Source: an uncultured Nitrososphaerales archaeon (GTDB taxonomy: Archaea > Thermoproteota > Nitrososphaeria > Nitrososphaerales > Nitrososphaeraceae). Taken from it: 64,000 nucleotides of DNA. Of the stretch, positions 51,569 to 64,000 are shown piece by piece (position 1 is the stretch's first letter; every line of letters begins with the position of its first letter). Location: NCBI GenBank assembly GCA_963695855.1, contig CAVOHZ010000010.1:1664001-1728000 (forward strand), read 5' to 3'. The translations under genes and the position numbers were made by a program. The notes beneath the pieces are model-generated. The model had not been told where the DNA came from, ran no database searches, and was given only the letters and a program-made list of their open reading frames with translations.

Positions 51569-51634
51569 TTAATTATATTTCTATTTTTTAACAAAAAAGT
51601 ATTATTACCATAAAAATTTCTTCATAGATAGTCA

Positions 51635-52153
51635 TTGAAACAACGTCTATTTTATCTTGTGATTGGAATGATAGTTTTTCTTATTTCATATACTTCTGGT
51701 GCCTACTCAGATATTGGTTCAGAACAATCTAAAATATTAAAAGAACAATTTGAATCAAAAATACAAGGCATTGATGAATTTGGAATATTTTTCAATAATG
51801 TAGTCATAGCCTTGGGCATGTTTATTCCTGCACTTGGAATAGGGCTTGGAATATTCTCTGGTTTTGGTACTGGACTGGTTTTTAGTGCATTAGCAGAGAG
51901 TAATGTAGCATTACAAAATATTTCGCCTCTTTCGATACTTCTTACACCATTTGGTATCTTGGAAATATTTTCATATGGATTGGCTATATCTAGAAGCGGA
52001 ATGATAATTCACGATTACTTTATAAAAAAAATTTCATGGAAAAAATTTCTTAAGCCAACTATAATAGAGATTATAATCGTTGTATCTCTTTTAATAATAG
52101 GTGCTTTTATAGAATGGAATATGATCAAACAATTTACAGAAACTCCAATTTAG
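51635..52153 (+). CDS. SpoIIM/DUF95-family membrane protein
   Basis: IFFNN..ALGMFIP..G, P.GILE, GAFIE. Confidence 0.8.
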   Translation: MKQRLFYLVIGMIVFLISYTSGAYSDIGSEQSKILKEQFESKIQGIDEFGIFFNNVVIALGMFIPALGIGLGIFSGFGTGLVFSALAESNVALQNISPLSILLTPFGILEIFSYGLAISRSGMIIHDYFIKKISWKKFLKPTIIEIIIVVSLLIIGAFIEWNMIKQFTETPI

Positions 52154-52377
52154 ATGTGATCCACTTATTGTAGAAAGAATTAAATAAATTATTAAAAATA
52201 TCATATTAATTTATAGAATATGTAAGATCTTAGATATATTCAGAATTTATTTCTAAAATTATAGATAAACAATTAAAAATATATAACTACTTTTTTATTA
52301 CTGTAATTAGTAAATCAAATAACCAGTCAAAAACATCTTTTAAAATAGCTATTTTCAATCTTACACATTTTTATTAA

Positions 52378-53154
52378 TTGATTTATAAGTTCAAAAAGAT
52401 AATGATAAAACTAATATTGCAAGGAATAAAAATTTACTATAAACCTAAATTTAAGGAGAATCCAATTATTATTGCAGCACTTCCAGATATGGGTAATGTA
52501 GCTGGATTATGTCAAAAATTATTATTGAATAAAATAGAAACAAAGCTTTTTGCAGAAATATTTGCATTTTGGCCTCCCTATGTTACCTATAACAAAGGAA
52601 TTATTAACTATTCTCAGTCCAGCTATAAGTTTTATGCAAGTATAAAATATAATGTTATCATATTTACAGGTGATTTTAATCCTTCTGATCCACGAAGATT
52701 ATATGAATTATGTTATGAAGTTTTGAAAATTGCTCAGGAATTTCATGTAAAAACACTATATTCTTTGGGCGCATCATTAAAACCAATAAATACAATTGAG
52801 AAACTTGTGTATGCTGCTGTCAATAAAATAGATCTTGTTAAATTCTTGCAAAATCTAAACATACAAATATTACCAGACGATGGACAAATAACAGGTTTTA
52901 ACGGTTTAATTTTAGGAATATCTAAAGAATACAACTTGGATGCAATTTGCATCCTAGGAGAAATAGATAATCCAGATGTAATTCAACCAAAAACCGCCCA
53001 AGAAATCCTAAAAGTATTATTAGAAATATTAAATCTTTCTTTTATTGATCTTTCGGAGTTAGATGAAGAAGAAAAAAGGAAAAAGTTTATGGAACAACAA
53101 ATGAATTATTTCAATAGTGCAATTCAAAAAAGTGATCTTCCTGGAATATCATAA
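52378..53154 (+). CDS. PAC2-family proteasome assembly chaperone
   Basis: LPDMGNVAG, GQITGFNGLILG, ICILGE, QPKTA. Confidence 0.85.
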   Translation: MIYKFKKIMIKLILQGIKIYYKPKFKENPIIIAALPDMGNVAGLCQKLLLNKIETKLFAEIFAFWPPYVTYNKGIINYSQSSYKFYASIKYNVIIFTGDFNPSDPRRLYELCYEVLKIAQEFHVKTLYSLGASLKPINTIEKLVYAAVNKIDLVKFLQNLNIQILPDDGQITGFNGLILGISKEYNLDAICILGEIDNPDVIQPKTAQEILKVLLEILNLSFIDLSELDEEEKRKKFMEQQMNYFNSAIQKSDLPGIS

Positions 53155-53314
53155 ACATATGCCTAACAAATAGATATTTAAAATCCGGACCTTTAATTAT
53201 TCGCCTAACAAATTTTATGTACCTTTTCAAATCTTTAATGGGAATTTTCACATAACTAAATAATTTTTCAACGTTTAAACAAAATATTTCATAATATTAG
53301 TATTCAGTTTACAA

Positions 53315-54070
53315 TTAGCATTCTTTAAGCCTTCGAGTATTATTATGATTCAAAATATTCAAGTATGTCTGTCTTTTATTCTGATCGATTACCATCACTG
53401 AAAGATCACTGAATTGCTTATTTTCCAAATCAGAAATTTTTCCTCTGAAGATACTCTCTTTATCACAATCAGTCAAATATTCAAAAACCCAAACATCTAT
53501 TTCTGAGGTATCGATTCCTTTTTCCTTCAAAAAGAAAGCAATATCCGATTCCATAAAATTTTTTAATGGATCTTTTGGCCAAGGTCTAGGTACTAAAATA
53601 ACACTCTTTTTATCCAATATGGCTTTTACCATTTCAATTTTTTTTTGTTCTATGTCAGAAGTTACATGAAAACTCACGATGTAGGATTTATCCAATGGTA
53701 TTCTTGATTTTGAAGATGCAATTTGAATGGAGCTTATACCAGGAATAATTTCAACGTTCTTGTCCCCAAAAATTTCTAATAAACGATCTACTACCTCTGA
53801 TTCAGAAAAATTTACATCCCCTGTAAAGGGAACCAAACAAAATTCTCCATCTTTCATATTTTCATACACGTACCGATATATTGATTCTTGATTTTTCATA
53901 GTTATCTCATAAATAATCTGTTTTTCTTCATCGATAAGTTTTTCAATAGTTTTTAAAGTATATTTATAACCTATAATATAGTTAGATAATTCAATTTTCT
54001 CTTTTGCCATTTCAGTAATATATTTTTGATTACCAGGACCTACTCCAATCATAAATAATTTTTTAGGCAT
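53315..54070 (-). CDS. cbiE: Precorrin-6Y/cobalt-precorrin-7 C5-methyltransferase
   Basis: IGVGPG..YIT, TGD.NF, IIPGISSIQ. Confidence 0.8.
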   Translation of the reverse strand: MPKKLFMIGVGPGNQKYITEMAKEKIELSNYIIGYKYTLKTIEKLIDEEKQIIYEITMKNQESIYRYVYENMKDGEFCLVPFTGDVNFSESEVVDRLLEIFGDKNVEIIPGISSIQIASSKSRIPLDKSYIVSFHVTSDIEQKKIEMVKAILDKKSVILVPRPWPKDPLKNFMESDIAFFLKEKGIDTSEIDVWVFEYLTDCDKESIFRGKISDLENKQFSDLSVMVIDQNKRQTYLNILNHNNTRRLKEC

Positions 54071-54266
54071 AGAAGATTAATTAAATGATAAAAATCCCTA
54101 ATAATATCATATTGTAGATAATAAATAAATAATCATATTTTTGTAAAAAGTATTTAGTGCTCAAAACAAAAAAAATTGTTAGAATTTACATGAAAAAAAT
54201 AATATGACTAAATAATACAATTATTTTGACATTCTTGTCATTATATGTATTTCTTGACGATTTGTA

Positions 54267-55265
54267 ATGAGCGAACTAAAGCTCGAATTTGTGGGTAAAC
54301 AAGTTAAGGATATGTATGGAACACTTATGGGAACAGTTATTGGAATAATTACCGATACTGACGGTTCTATAGAATCTGTTAGTGTAGATTGTGGTGATTC
54401 TGGTTTAAAACAATTAGCTTATGAACAATTACTAGTTCAAGGAGACTATGTCATATTCATTCCAAGATGGAGACTAGATGCACAAAAATTATTTAGGCAA
54501 AAGAATCTTACGCTAAAGAGGATTAAGGCACTTCAAAAATTGGTTGAAGAAGATGATGCAATGAAAGAAGATGTTGAAATAGTTTATGCAAGATATGAAA
54601 AAAAATTACAAGATTTAGAAGATAAAGAAAAATCAATTAATGAAAAATTAATAGAAAGACTTGATGAACTAAATAAATCAACGAAAAGTATTAAATCAAT
54701 TCTATTTGATGCCAAATTACAATACCGAAGCAATGAAATTACTGAAGAAACCTATCTGCAAGTTACACGATATACAAAAGAATTAATGGATCATATTAAT
54801 TTGGAAAAAGAGGAAATTAATAGTATAAAAATTCGACTTGAAGAACAAAATTTAGAAAACACATTACCACTACCTCATTCTATACCACAACAACATGAAA
54901 CAGAAGAACAGAAAGAAAAGTTAATAGAAAATACTTCCTATACTAGTACAAATTTGATCACCAATTCTGCTAACACCACAACAACGACAACAACTATTGA
55001 TACCACTGATACAGTTTCTACTACTTCTAATATTCCTACAACATCTAATATTCCTACAACATCTAATATTCCTACAACATCTAATATTCCTACAACAGAT
55101 CCAACTACAGATACAAAAGATACAAAAGAACCTGAACAATTTAAACAAGTTTCAACTAATACTCAACCAGAATCATATACAAAACAAAACAAAGAAAGAT
55201 ACTATTCTACAACAAATGACACTGATAATGAAACCAACTGGCTAGATCAAGTAATTAATAGTTAG
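54267..55265 (+). CDS. cdvA: Cell division protein CdvA
   Basis: PRC barrel FVGKQVKDMYG..G, IP.WR, coiled coil, low-complexity tail. Confidence 0.88.
   Translation: MSELKLEFVGKQVKDMYGTLMGTVIGIITDTDGSIESVSVDCGDSGLKQLAYEQLLVQGDYVIFIPRWRLDAQKLFRQKNLTLKRIKALQKLVEEDDAMKEDVEIVYARYEKKLQDLEDKEKSINEKLIERLDELNKSTKSIKSILFDAKLQYRSNEITEETYLQVTRYTKELMDHINLEKEEINSIKIRLEEQNLENTLPLPHSIPQQHETEEQKEKLIENTSYTSTNLITNSANTTTTTTTIDTTDTVSTTSNIPTTSNIPTTSNIPTTSNIPTTDPTTDTKDTKEPEQFKQVSTNTQPESYTKQNKERYYSTTNDTDNETNWLDQVINS
55026..55097 (+). repeat. 18-bp VNTR x4 in cdvA (SNIPTT)
   Basis: TCTAATATTCCTACAACA repeated four times. Confidence 0.95.
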
Positions 55266-55742
55266 CAAAAAATCAAAAATAAATTTCTTTTTATAATTAC
55301 TCTTTTTATAACTAATAGCTTTTATTAGAAATCTAATTAGATAAATAATGTTTCTTAGTATATCAAAGTCAGTAGTAATTATTATCAAGACGAATTTTTG
55401 TTAGGAAAACCAATTTTTTATATATTTATATGTAGAAACTCTGTATATAACAAGTTTTTTGTAACATTCTCCTAGTAGTACTACTCCATTACATTATGAT
55501 ATTAAAAAAATTGTGAAATTAATAATCTAACAACAAAGTGAATAATCAAATAGATACAAGAATAGAATGACGATATAATATAGTGGTAATCAATATTTAT
55601 AGTAGTAATTAATATTAAAGAATATTTTGTTCACTTTAGTAGAATGATATATCTTAATTATTATCTTAATTACTGTTAATTCGATGTTTTATAAAAAATA
55701 ATAAAAAAAGAGTAATTCTTCTGCCTTTTTTATTCCAACTTC

Positions 55743-56015
55743 TTAGAATTTTACTGGAGTCTGTAATAGTTCTCCAATTTCATTATGCATCTTGAGGAAA
55801 GTTAGTCCTTTTTCTGTTGTCTTGTATGTTTGAGATCCATCAAGATATTCCAAGAGGTTGTTTTCAATCAAAACAGAAAGATACTCCCTTAATTGTGCAT
55901 AACTTAGAAAAGCTTTGTACATAATTTTTGTCTTGGTTGCTCCTCCATTAGCTGCCTCTAGTATCATTGCTACTATTTCTGTTCTACTTCTGTATTTCAC
56001 GATCATCATACACAA
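55743..56015 (-). CDS. Winged-helix transcription regulator (ArnR1-like)
   Basis: YRSRTEI..IL..ATKTKIMYKA.LSY.QL..YL..Y.TTEKG. Confidence 0.9.
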   Translation of the reverse strand: MCMMIVKYRSRTEIVAMILEAANGGATKTKIMYKAFLSYAQLREYLSVLIENNLLEYLDGSQTYKTTEKGLTFLKMHNEIGELLQTPVKF

Positions 56016-56243
56016 TAATTATTTATTTTAATATATTGCCAGAATGTAGTATAACATTATTCTATTTCAAGAGTGAATTGATAATAAAAGAAACATTTTC
56101 TTTTTAATATAAATTTGATGTGTTAGTTACACAAAAACAAAACTCTGTATTTTAAGTACATAAAAATACTGGTTAAAATCATTAAACTAGTCTTACAATT
56201 AATAATAATTAATTAACTAGATATAATTTTAATACATATAAAA

Positions 56244-58211
56244 ATGTCCGGAAAACATTCTATGGATATGGAAAAATCTTCTGATATATTTTATATAAAT
56301 AACAATTTAAAAATTACATTAAAAAATGGAAAATTTCAAGAAAAAAGAAACAAATCATTAGAAGATATAGAAAAATTTTGGGGAGAAGAAGCTAAAAACT
56401 TACTATGGTTTAAGTATTGGGATAAGATACTTAGATGGAATCCTCCATTTGCAAAATGGTTTGATGGTGGATCATTGAATGCTTCCGTCAATTGTTTAGA
56501 TAAACACGTAGAATCTGATAATAAAAATAAAGTTGCATTAATTTGGGAAGGAGAAAAGGGAGAAAGTAAAATACTAACATATTATCAATTATATTGTGAT
56601 GTTAACCAGTTCTCAAATGCATTAAAGAGTCTGAATGTTACAAAGGGAGATCGCGTAACTATTTATCTTCCAATGATTCCAGAAATTCTAATAGCTATCT
56701 TAGCATGTTCAAGAATTGGTGCTATACATAATGTGGTTTTTTCTGGTTTTAGCGACCAGGCATTAGCTGACAGAATTAATGATGCAGAATCAAAAATAAT
56801 TATTACCGCAGACGGTGGATTTAGAAGAGGAAAGCTACTAGAATTAAAAAATATAGTTGATCAAACGATTCCTAATACTCCATCTGTACAAAATGTAGTT
56901 GTATTTAAAAGGGCTGCAAATCCTGTCAATATGACAGACAAAGATGTATGGTGGCATGATATTATTAAAAATCAATCATCTTATTGTCAGCCAGAACAAG
57001 TAGAAAGTACACATCCTCTCTTTATTCTTTACACTTCTGGAACTACTGGAAAACCTAAAGGGGTTGTACATGGGACTGCTGGTTACTTGACACATATTTA
57101 TTCAACAGCAAAATGGGTTTTCAACTTTAATAAACAAGACATCTTCTTCTGTACAGCTGATATCGGATGGGTTACCGGACATAGTTACATAGTTTACGCT
57201 CCTTTAATGCATGGGGTGACAGAATTAATTTATGAAGGAACACCTGACTATCCTCATCCAGACAGGTACTGGGCACTTGTGGAGAAGTATGGTGTAAGTA
57301 TTTTGTATACAACACCGACAGCTCTTAGAACGTACATGCGATATGGAGATGACATTCCTAACTCATTTAATTTGTCCTCCTTAAGATTACTAGGAACAGT
57401 AGGCGAACCAATAAATCCACAAGTCTGGCTGTGGTATTTCACGAACATTGGAAAAGAAAGATGTCCTATTGTTGATACCTGGTGGCAAACAGAAACTGGG
57501 GGAATAATGATTAGTCATTGTACCGAAATAGAAACTATGCCCATGAAGCCAGGTTCTGCTATGTTTCCCATTCCTGGAATCGATATAGATGTTGTGGATG
57601 AAGAAAATAATCATTTGTCAGAAAATCAAAAAGGATATCTTGTAGTTAAAAAACCCTGGCCTGGAATGTTTATGACGTTGTGGAAAAATGATGATAAATA
57701 TAAAAAGAATTATTGGAAAAGATTTCAAAAAAATCTTTACTATTTTACCGGAGATTATGCAATAATTGATAATGAATCATATTTTTGGCTTTTAGGAAGG
57801 ACAGATGATGTAATAAAAGTATCTGGTCATAGATTGAGTACCATTGAACTAGAAAGTACTTTTATATCTCATAAATCTGTAGGTGAAGCTGCTGTAACAA
57901 GTAAATCTGATAATATAAAAGGACAATCCATCGTAGCATTTGTAGTTCTAAAAGAAGGTTTTGTTGGATCAAAGGAACTACATCAAGAATTAGTAGAACA
58001 TCTAAGGAAAAGTATTGGACCAATTGCTACTCCTGAACAAATATACTTTGTAAATAAGCTTCCAAAAACAAGAAGTGGAAAGATTATGAGAAGGTTACTA
58101 AAATCCATAATAAGTGATTTGAAAATAAGTGATACAACAACACTAGAAGATGGAACATCTATTGAAGAAATACAAAAGATGTATAATGAACTAAATAAAA
58201 TTGTTCGATAG
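56244..58211 (+). CDS. acs: Acetyl-CoA synthetase (AMP-forming)
   Basis: [36 protein letters not shown]. Confidence 0.95.
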   Translation: MSGKHSMDMEKSSDIFYINNNLKITLKNGKFQEKRNKSLEDIEKFWGEEAKNLLWFKYWDKILRWNPPFAKWFDGGSLNASVNCLDKHVESDNKNKVALIWEGEKGESKILTYYQLYCDVNQFSNALKSLNVTKGDRVTIYLPMIPEILIAILACSRIGAIHNVVFSGFSDQALADRINDAESKIIITADGGFRRGKLLELKNIVDQTIPNTPSVQNVVVFKRAANPVNMTDKDVWWHDIIKNQSSYCQPEQVESTHPLFILYTSGTTGKPKGVVHGTAGYLTHIYSTAKWVFNFNKQDIFFCTADIGWVTGHSYIVYAPLMHGVTELIYEGTPDYPHPDRYWALVEKYGVSILYTTPTALRTYMRYGDDIPNSFNLSSLRLLGTVGEPINPQVWLWYFTNIGKERCPIVDTWWQTETGGIMISHCTEIETMPMKPGSAMFPIPGIDIDVVDEENNHLSENQKGYLVVKKPWPGMFMTLWKNDDKYKKNYWKRFQKNLYYFTGDYAIIDNESYFWLLGRTDDVIKVSGHRLSTIELESTFISHKSVGEAAVTSKSDNIKGQSIVAFVVLKEGFVGSKELHQELVEHLRKSIGPIATPEQIYFVNKLPKTRSGKIMRRLLKSIISDLKISDTTTLEDGTSIEEIQKMYNELNKIVR

Positions 58212-58335
58212 TTTTAGTTAATTGACGTTAGTTTAATAATATACAGCTAAAATAAAAATAAAAAATAAAACTACTAATATAAGATATAAAGACAGAAAGA
58301 AAAATTCAAATCAAAGAGATTTTTTCTATGATTTA

Positions 58336-58827
58336 TTGGTTCGAAAGGCAGCTGTATTAATACCGGCTGCTGTTGTATCTTTTTTTATTGGAATAATTGG
58401 ACTTATTTTCATACCAGATGAAATTAAAGATAAATCAGTAGATTTTGACAAGGGAACAATCAAAATAGATAATTCAATAATAAATGTGGAAATAGCTGAA
58501 TCTGATGCTGAAAGACAAAGATGGTTAATGTTTAGAGAAGATAAATTTCCATCTAATGCTGGAATAATTCTTGTATATCCATTATTAGACTTACATTCAT
58601 TATGGTTGTTGAATATACAATATAATTTAGATATTATGTGGTTTGATGATCACGGAAATCTTGTCTATATGATAAAAGATGCAAAACCTTGTCCAAATAT
58701 TCTAGATCCTCAAAAATGCACGTTTAAAACTACTATTCCATCTAAATATATATTCGTATCATCATCGGGATTTATCAATAAAAATAATATTACAAATACA
58801 TCAAAAATAACTATAATTTCTATTTGA
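58336..58827 (+). CDS. DUF192-family membrane-anchored protein
   Basis: VEIAES..R...LMFR..W..N....LDI.W. Confidence 0.85.
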   Translation: MVRKAAVLIPAAVVSFFIGIIGLIFIPDEIKDKSVDFDKGTIKIDNSIINVEIAESDAERQRWLMFREDKFPSNAGIILVYPLLDLHSLWLLNIQYNLDIMWFDDHGNLVYMIKDAKPCPNILDPQKCTFKTTIPSKYIFVSSSGFINKNNITNTSKITIISI

Positions 58828-58971
58828 ATCCTACATCTCAATTTTTTGGTTATCAAATGGTTATGCAGAATAATCTCTCTTCTAATAACAAAAGTTGATT
58901 ATTATATCGCTGTTATACGTACAACATAGGGTTTAAATAGTTTCAGCAAGAACCGAACAGCAGTGAATTAA

Positions 58972-59265
58972 ATGCCAGTAGCAATACTTCCAGATATTAG
59001 TGAACAACATTGTATTGGATGTGCACTTTGTGTAGAAATTTGTACTGCTCTTGGTCCAGATGTTCTTAGAGTAAAACCAGTAGAAGGCTGGAAGAGAGGT
59101 AAAGCCTTTGTATTTTATCCAGAAAGATGCATCTCTGATGGTGCATGTATAGGCGTTTGTCCAACAAAGGCAATATTCTGGATGAGACCAATGGATTACA
59201 CACCAGGACAACCAATTCCATTAAAGAAGCACGGATTATTCAAAACAGGTTGGGAAGAAGGTTAA
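58972..59265 (+). CDS. 4Fe-4S dicluster ferredoxin
   Basis: CIGCALCVEIC and CISDGACIGVCP. Confidence 0.93.
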   Translation: MPVAILPDISEQHCIGCALCVEICTALGPDVLRVKPVEGWKRGKAFVFYPERCISDGACIGVCPTKAIFWMRPMDYTPGQPIPLKKHGLFKTGWEEG

Positions 59266-59378
59266 AAATCACCCTCAATTTTATTTTATTTTTTTGTAGT
59301 TATTTCTAAAAATTATGAAGTTAATTTTCAGTTAAGAATTGGTTTAATTTATTATACTCAAATTATATTTCTTAATAG

Positions 59379-61013
59379 TTGGATAATTTGGTTGATTCAT
59401 TTTCAGAAGATGAAAAAAGAATTCTTTTATCACATTTTTCCAACACAGACAAAACTATTTTCACGATAACAACACCCAGACAAGTCGATCGTGGCGCATT
59501 AATGTCCAGATATTCAAGATCTGATAAAACAATGCGTAGAATCTTTCTAGATGAATTTGTAAAAAATCCATATCGTGGAGAAGAGTTTTACAAGAAAGTG
59601 TTATTAGAATATGGTGATGACTCTGTTGCAGAATTAGGAGAAATGCAATTAGCTATTGAATCAATATCTAATATAGCCGCTAAAAATATCGAAGATCATA
59701 GAATAGGATTGTCATATCTAGAAAAATCATCACGTTATGTTTCTTTTAACAAGAAAATTAATGGCAAGTATAAGTATCTAAGAGAAAACAAAATCATGGA
59801 TTCTTCTTATGCTGATATGTATATTGAAGCTTGTGATTTTGTCTTTGATACATATTCAGAAAATATTGAACCAATGCAAAAATTTTTATCAGAAATTGAA
59901 CCGATAGAAAATTTTCATTTCTTTGATTCATATTCTAATCATGAAACATTATTCAATAATTTGAAGGATCCTGAGGATATTAAATCTGCACAACGTATAT
60001 ACAATAGTACAATAAAAGCCAAATCACTAGATATTTTACGTGCAATTTTACCTGCTTCTACATTAACGAATCTAGGAATCACTGGAAACGGAAGAGCATT
60101 TGAATATTTACTTACAAAAATGTATTCTTCATCTTTACATGAAATGAATAATTTGGCCGATCAACTATACGAAGAACTTGATTTAACAATATCATCATTT
60201 ATCCATAGAGTAAAAAGCAATCACGGCATATCAATGCAAAATTATCTTAAAGAAACAAAGAATATGATTATTGAATTAGCATTTACACATCTGTCTAAGA
60301 TTATTCCAGATAATAATCCTGATTATATCACTCTATTATATTATGAAAATAATTTCGATGCAGAAATTAAAGTAGCATCTGCCATTTTATATCAACAAGC
60401 TTTAGGTCATTCTCTTGCAACAATTATCAATTATGTAAAGTCATTACCTAAAGAAGAAAGACACAAAATAATCAATACCTATACAAGTTTACGAACAAAT
60501 AGAAGACAACGTCCAGGTAGAGCCTTCGAAATGATAGAATATACATTTGAAATGTTCACTAATTTTGGCATGTTTCGTGATCTTCACAGACATAGAATAC
60601 TAACTCTAGAGAGACAATTACTCTCAACCAGACACGGATATGATATTCCTAATGAAATTATTGAATTGGGGATAACCAAAAATTTCGAAGATTGTATGTA
60701 TAAATGTGACGAAGTCTTCAAAATCATTGCTAAAGATAATCCAGAAGAAGCACAATATGTTGTAAATTTTGCCTATAAATATCCATATTTTATCAAACTA
60801 AATCTAAGGGAAGCAACACATATGATTGAATTAAGAACACTACCACAAGGACACCCTGATTATCGTTACATTTGTCAGGAAATGTACAAGAAGATAAGAA
60901 ATGTACATCCACTATTGTGCCAAGGAATAAAATTCGTCGATCTCAATACTTACAAATTAGAAAGATTGTCTAGCGAAAAAAAAATAGAAAAGAAAAAAAG
61001 GGATATAAACTAA
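59379..61013 (+). CDS. thyX: Flavin-dependent thymidylate synthase (two-domain ThyX)
   Basis: [36 protein letters not shown]. Confidence 0.9.
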   Translation: MDNLVDSFSEDEKRILLSHFSNTDKTIFTITTPRQVDRGALMSRYSRSDKTMRRIFLDEFVKNPYRGEEFYKKVLLEYGDDSVAELGEMQLAIESISNIAAKNIEDHRIGLSYLEKSSRYVSFNKKINGKYKYLRENKIMDSSYADMYIEACDFVFDTYSENIEPMQKFLSEIEPIENFHFFDSYSNHETLFNNLKDPEDIKSAQRIYNSTIKAKSLDILRAILPASTLTNLGITGNGRAFEYLLTKMYSSSLHEMNNLADQLYEELDLTISSFIHRVKSNHGISMQNYLKETKNMIIELAFTHLSKIIPDNNPDYITLLYYENNFDAEIKVASAILYQQALGHSLATIINYVKSLPKEERHKIINTYTSLRTNRRQRPGRAFEMIEYTFEMFTNFGMFRDLHRHRILTLERQLLSTRHGYDIPNEIIELGITKNFEDCMYKCDEVFKIIAKDNPEEAQYVVNFAYKYPYFIKLNLREATHMIELRTLPQGHPDYRYICQEMYKKIRNVHPLLCQGIKFVDLNTYKLERLSSEKKIEKKKRDIN

Positions 61014-61095
61014 CGATAAATTGTAAATGCTTTTACCATTTTTATTTTTATATTATTGATACAAAAAATGCATATGTCTTAAAAATGCTTCATAC

Positions 61096-62121
61096 TCAAA
61101 CAAACCATTTTTCTAAAGATTGAGTACGTCTTTCTCGAATTTTTTTTAATCTGTCTAAAGCCATTTCAACTCTTTCTTTTGAAAAATCCATTTTTTCACA
61201 CAAAAAACTCGTAATTTGATTAGAATCAGGCTCCTTAAATTCTATGTTTTCAATTGATATGTCGTCAGGATGCAGAAAAATTTCTCTTATTTCTTGATAA
61301 GGAACATTTTCCAAACTTTGTTTTATCTTGTTAATTTTTTCCAATCTACCATTTTCCTTAATTAGTTTTAATGCAGTTTTTGGGCCAATACCTGGAAAAC
61401 CACCAGGATTAAAATCCGTACCTATTAAAATTCCTACATCCACTAATTGTTCTAATGTCAATTTCGTTGATTCCAAAATTATTGATTGATAAATAATTTC
61501 TGGTTCTATACTTACATATTTATTTTTATTGGGAATCTTTCTTCTACCACTTATTGTTAAATTACGCATCAATTTTTTAGCACCAAAAAGCAAGGAATCA
61601 TAATCTTGACTTCCACAAGCGAAAACAACCCCATTTCTTGTTAAATATGATGCTGCTGCCTCTCCTTCTGATGTTGCTTGAAGAATAGGAATTCCTAAAA
61701 GTTCTAAAATTTTTTTCGATTGTTCTATTATTTTACCAGTTAAAATTACTGTACCCTGACTATATTTCCGTGCGTCTTCCAGTCTACCTTCGGCTAATGC
61801 CACTTGATATTTTTCAACCGCTTCTTGTTTCAATTTCTTTCGCTTTTCAATTTCTTTCGCTTTTAGCTGATGAGGTTTACCATCAAATATGTATATCAAT
61901 TTTATATTTTCCGATAAAAAATTGATATTTCTATAGAATAATCCACTTAGATGACTTGTTATATCTCCCTTATTGTTCGTAAGAGATTCACCGGTTGGAC
62001 CACGAATGGTGGCAAGAAATTGATATATTGTATTGTATGCATCAACAGCTATTATTTTATCTGACAGATCAGAAAGTTTTATCGGAGAAGAAGTTATGAT
62101 AGGTTTAAGATCTATTCCCAT
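61096..62121 (-). CDS. fen: Flap endonuclease 1
   Basis: DAYNTIYQFL.IR, SHLSGLFYR, EGEA, SQDYD.LLFG, GTDFN, PIP box QSLEKWF. Confidence 0.97.
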   Translation of the reverse strand: MGIDLKPIITSSPIKLSDLSDKIIAVDAYNTIYQFLATIRGPTGESLTNNKGDITSHLSGLFYRNINFLSENIKLIYIFDGKPHQLKAKEIEKRKKLKQEAVEKYQVALAEGRLEDARKYSQGTVILTGKIIEQSKKILELLGIPILQATSEGEAAASYLTRNGVVFACGSQDYDSLLFGAKKLMRNLTISGRRKIPNKNKYVSIEPEIIYQSIILESTKLTLEQLVDVGILIGTDFNPGGFPGIGPKTALKLIKENGRLEKINKIKQSLENVPYQEIREIFLHPDDISIENIEFKEPDSNQITSFLCEKMDFSKERVEMALDRLKKIRERRTQSLEKWFV

Positions 62122-62794
62122 TGTTCAATCAATAATAATATTTCATCTCTTTTATTTTTTAATTTGATGATGATAGATATTAGTAATTGAAAGTAATGTA
62201 GTATAAATACTCTTTTTTAAAATAATTGGAATGAAACTTATTTCAAAAATAGAAATAAACTTTCCTGTTGTTATAACTAATGCCATAAAAATACAAGAAT
62301 TACATTAATTAAGAAAATACTAAAAAAATGAAATGTATGTCCGAATTATTTACCTAAAGAAAATAGAGATAAAATCGAATTAAAAGATTTTTTAAAAAAT
62401 TCAGCATCATCTTTGGTCTATTCACGATATAACTATCAATTATTTACAATCATCACATCCGAATAAAGAAATTCAACAAATGATAAATAGTGATACAGAA
62501 AAAGGAGATTGGAATATGAAGAATTTTTGAACTTTAAAAGACGTTTATACCTAACAAGAGATTCCTTCTTTAAATTGAGAGAAATTAACTAAAATACTAT
62601 AACACAATAACAGATATTACATCGGCAATTATGTTAATTATGAAATTATGGAAACAGTTAAAGAAAATAATGAATAAAGTCAGTTAAAAAAAGTAACTAT
62701 AAAAAGAAATAATAATGTAAGATGTTCCATCATTATGATAAATAATTGTAAAAGAGAATTACACTTTTAAGCACTATCATATTTTTATTTGAAC

Positions 62795-63414
62795 ATGCCC
62801 TCTAGTCAACATTATCACATATCAAAAATTATGGATAATATTATAGCTTTGAAGCCAAAGTCTATTCTTGATATCGGCACAGGATTTGGTAAATATGTGT
62901 ATTGTGCAGAGAATATCTAGAACTATGGGATGGTAGACAAAAGTATGAGTTTACAAGAAGAATAGATGGGGTTGAAGTATTTGGAAAGTACATAACTCCT
63001 CTACATAAATTGTTTACAATAATATATTTTCTGAAGATATAGTAGAATTGATTGATAGACTTGACTTTAAATATGAATTAGTTTTACTTATTGATGTCCT
63101 AGAACACTTTAATAAGGATCAGGGCAAGTGGTTGCTAGAAACTATATTATCAAAATCTACAGGCATTTTGGTAAGTACACCAAAAAAATCCAGTCCTCAA
63201 AAAGATGCATTTGATAATATATATGAAACTCATCGATCCAGATGGACAAAAGATGAATTATCTAAGATAGGTAATTGTAACTTTACAAATGATAACATCA
63301 TTCATTGTATATATTACAAAAGATAAAAATTCTTTAAATAAGTTACAAAATGGGCTGAAATTGTTAAGTATGGCAAGAAATAAATCTTTGTTAAAAAGTT
63401 TGAAAAAATTTTAG
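62795..63414 (+). pseudogene. Class I SAM methyltransferase with multiple frameshifts
   Basis: MPSSQ..KSILDIGTGFGKY / LCREYLE..IDGVE / DVLEHF..STP in successive frames. Confidence 0.8.
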
Positions 63415-63558
63415 TTCTATGATTATTATTAATAAAATTTATCAATATATAAAAAATAATGTTTTTATAAATAATGTTTTTATTCATGAAACTTAATCTT
63501 TTCAAAATATTAAATTAATTGTAAATCTTTTAACAAAACCATTTGTATTGTTCATATC

Positions 63559-63981
63559 TCAAATATGCCAAATAAATTCATGTTCTTTTTTCTTTTCCTC
63601 ATTTGCAAATTTTTTATTACAATAGGTACATTTATGGAAAGATATCAATTTGATATGATACAAATGTTTATCGTCTCTAAAATTTTGTTGATACAATTTT
63701 TCCTTATAATTTTCAATCAATTCTCTTAGTGTATAATCCCAACCATGTCTTAGATCCTCAATATCATCAGATTCCGCAATTGGATATATGTACTTCTCAT
63801 TAGGATTGGTTGATGCAATAAATTCTTGTTTGTCGGAATTGATATCTCCATCTAGTAACAATCGAAGAGCATATTCATTCCCATCATCATTAGTCCATAA
63901 CTGAATTTTTTGATGAATAATATTATCCGTATTTGCAAGTTTTTCAATATCATAGTCTTCAATCTTACCAGCCTCCATCAT
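63559..63981 (-). CDS. Hypothetical protein with C-terminal C2H2 finger (5' end may run off the window)
   Basis: HKCTYCNKKF..KKEHEFIWH. Confidence 0.65.
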   Translation of the reverse strand: MMEAGKIEDYDIEKLANTDNIIHQKIQLWTNDDGNEYALRLLLDGDINSDKQEFIASTNPNEKYIYPIAESDDIEDLRHGWDYTLRELIENYKEKLYQQNFRDDKHLYHIKLISFHKCTYCNKKFANEEKKKEHEFIWHI

Positions 63982-64000
63982 TTCATCTTTCTCATCATTA

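Overview
AT-rich archaeal chromosome segment. Gene content (PolD DP1/DP2, Cdc6, CdvA, GGGP synthase, two-domain ThyX, FEN1) points to a soil-type ammonia-oxidising thaumarchaeon (Nitrososphaeraceae, Nitrosocosmicus-like); this is inferred, not searched. The right part (39.2-64 kb) is core genome and contains oriC with two ORB boxes upstream of cdc6. The left 39 kb is an accretion island hanging off the 3' end of tRNA-Val(TAC) (39132-39206, minus strand). Its youngest unit is a 25.2-kb element bounded by a perfect 36-bp direct repeat (13952-13987 / 39121-39156). It encodes an intact tyrosine integrase, terminase small/large subunits with no recognisable capsid, portal or tail genes, a 945-aa GHKL+TOPRIM fusion resembling topoisomerase VIII, a D5-type SF3 helicase, a Cas4-like/HNH nuclease pair, and a repeat-SF2 helicase-Rrp8-like methyltransferase fusion split by one in-frame TAG. 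Two further degenerate att copies (3364, 25246), decayed integrase and terminase-like paralogues, IS5/IS6 remnants and an orphan degenerate CRISPR mini-array (2945-3305) record earlier integrations. Best candidates for an undescribed system: (i) the capsid-less TerS/TerL + Topo VIII-like + SF3 helicase satellite-like element, (ii) its helicase-methyltransferase/nuclease cargo, (iii) a membrane-anchored wHTH gene with a dense GTGAT/ATCAC motif cluster beside oriC. All calls come from motif recognition by eye; no database searches were run.
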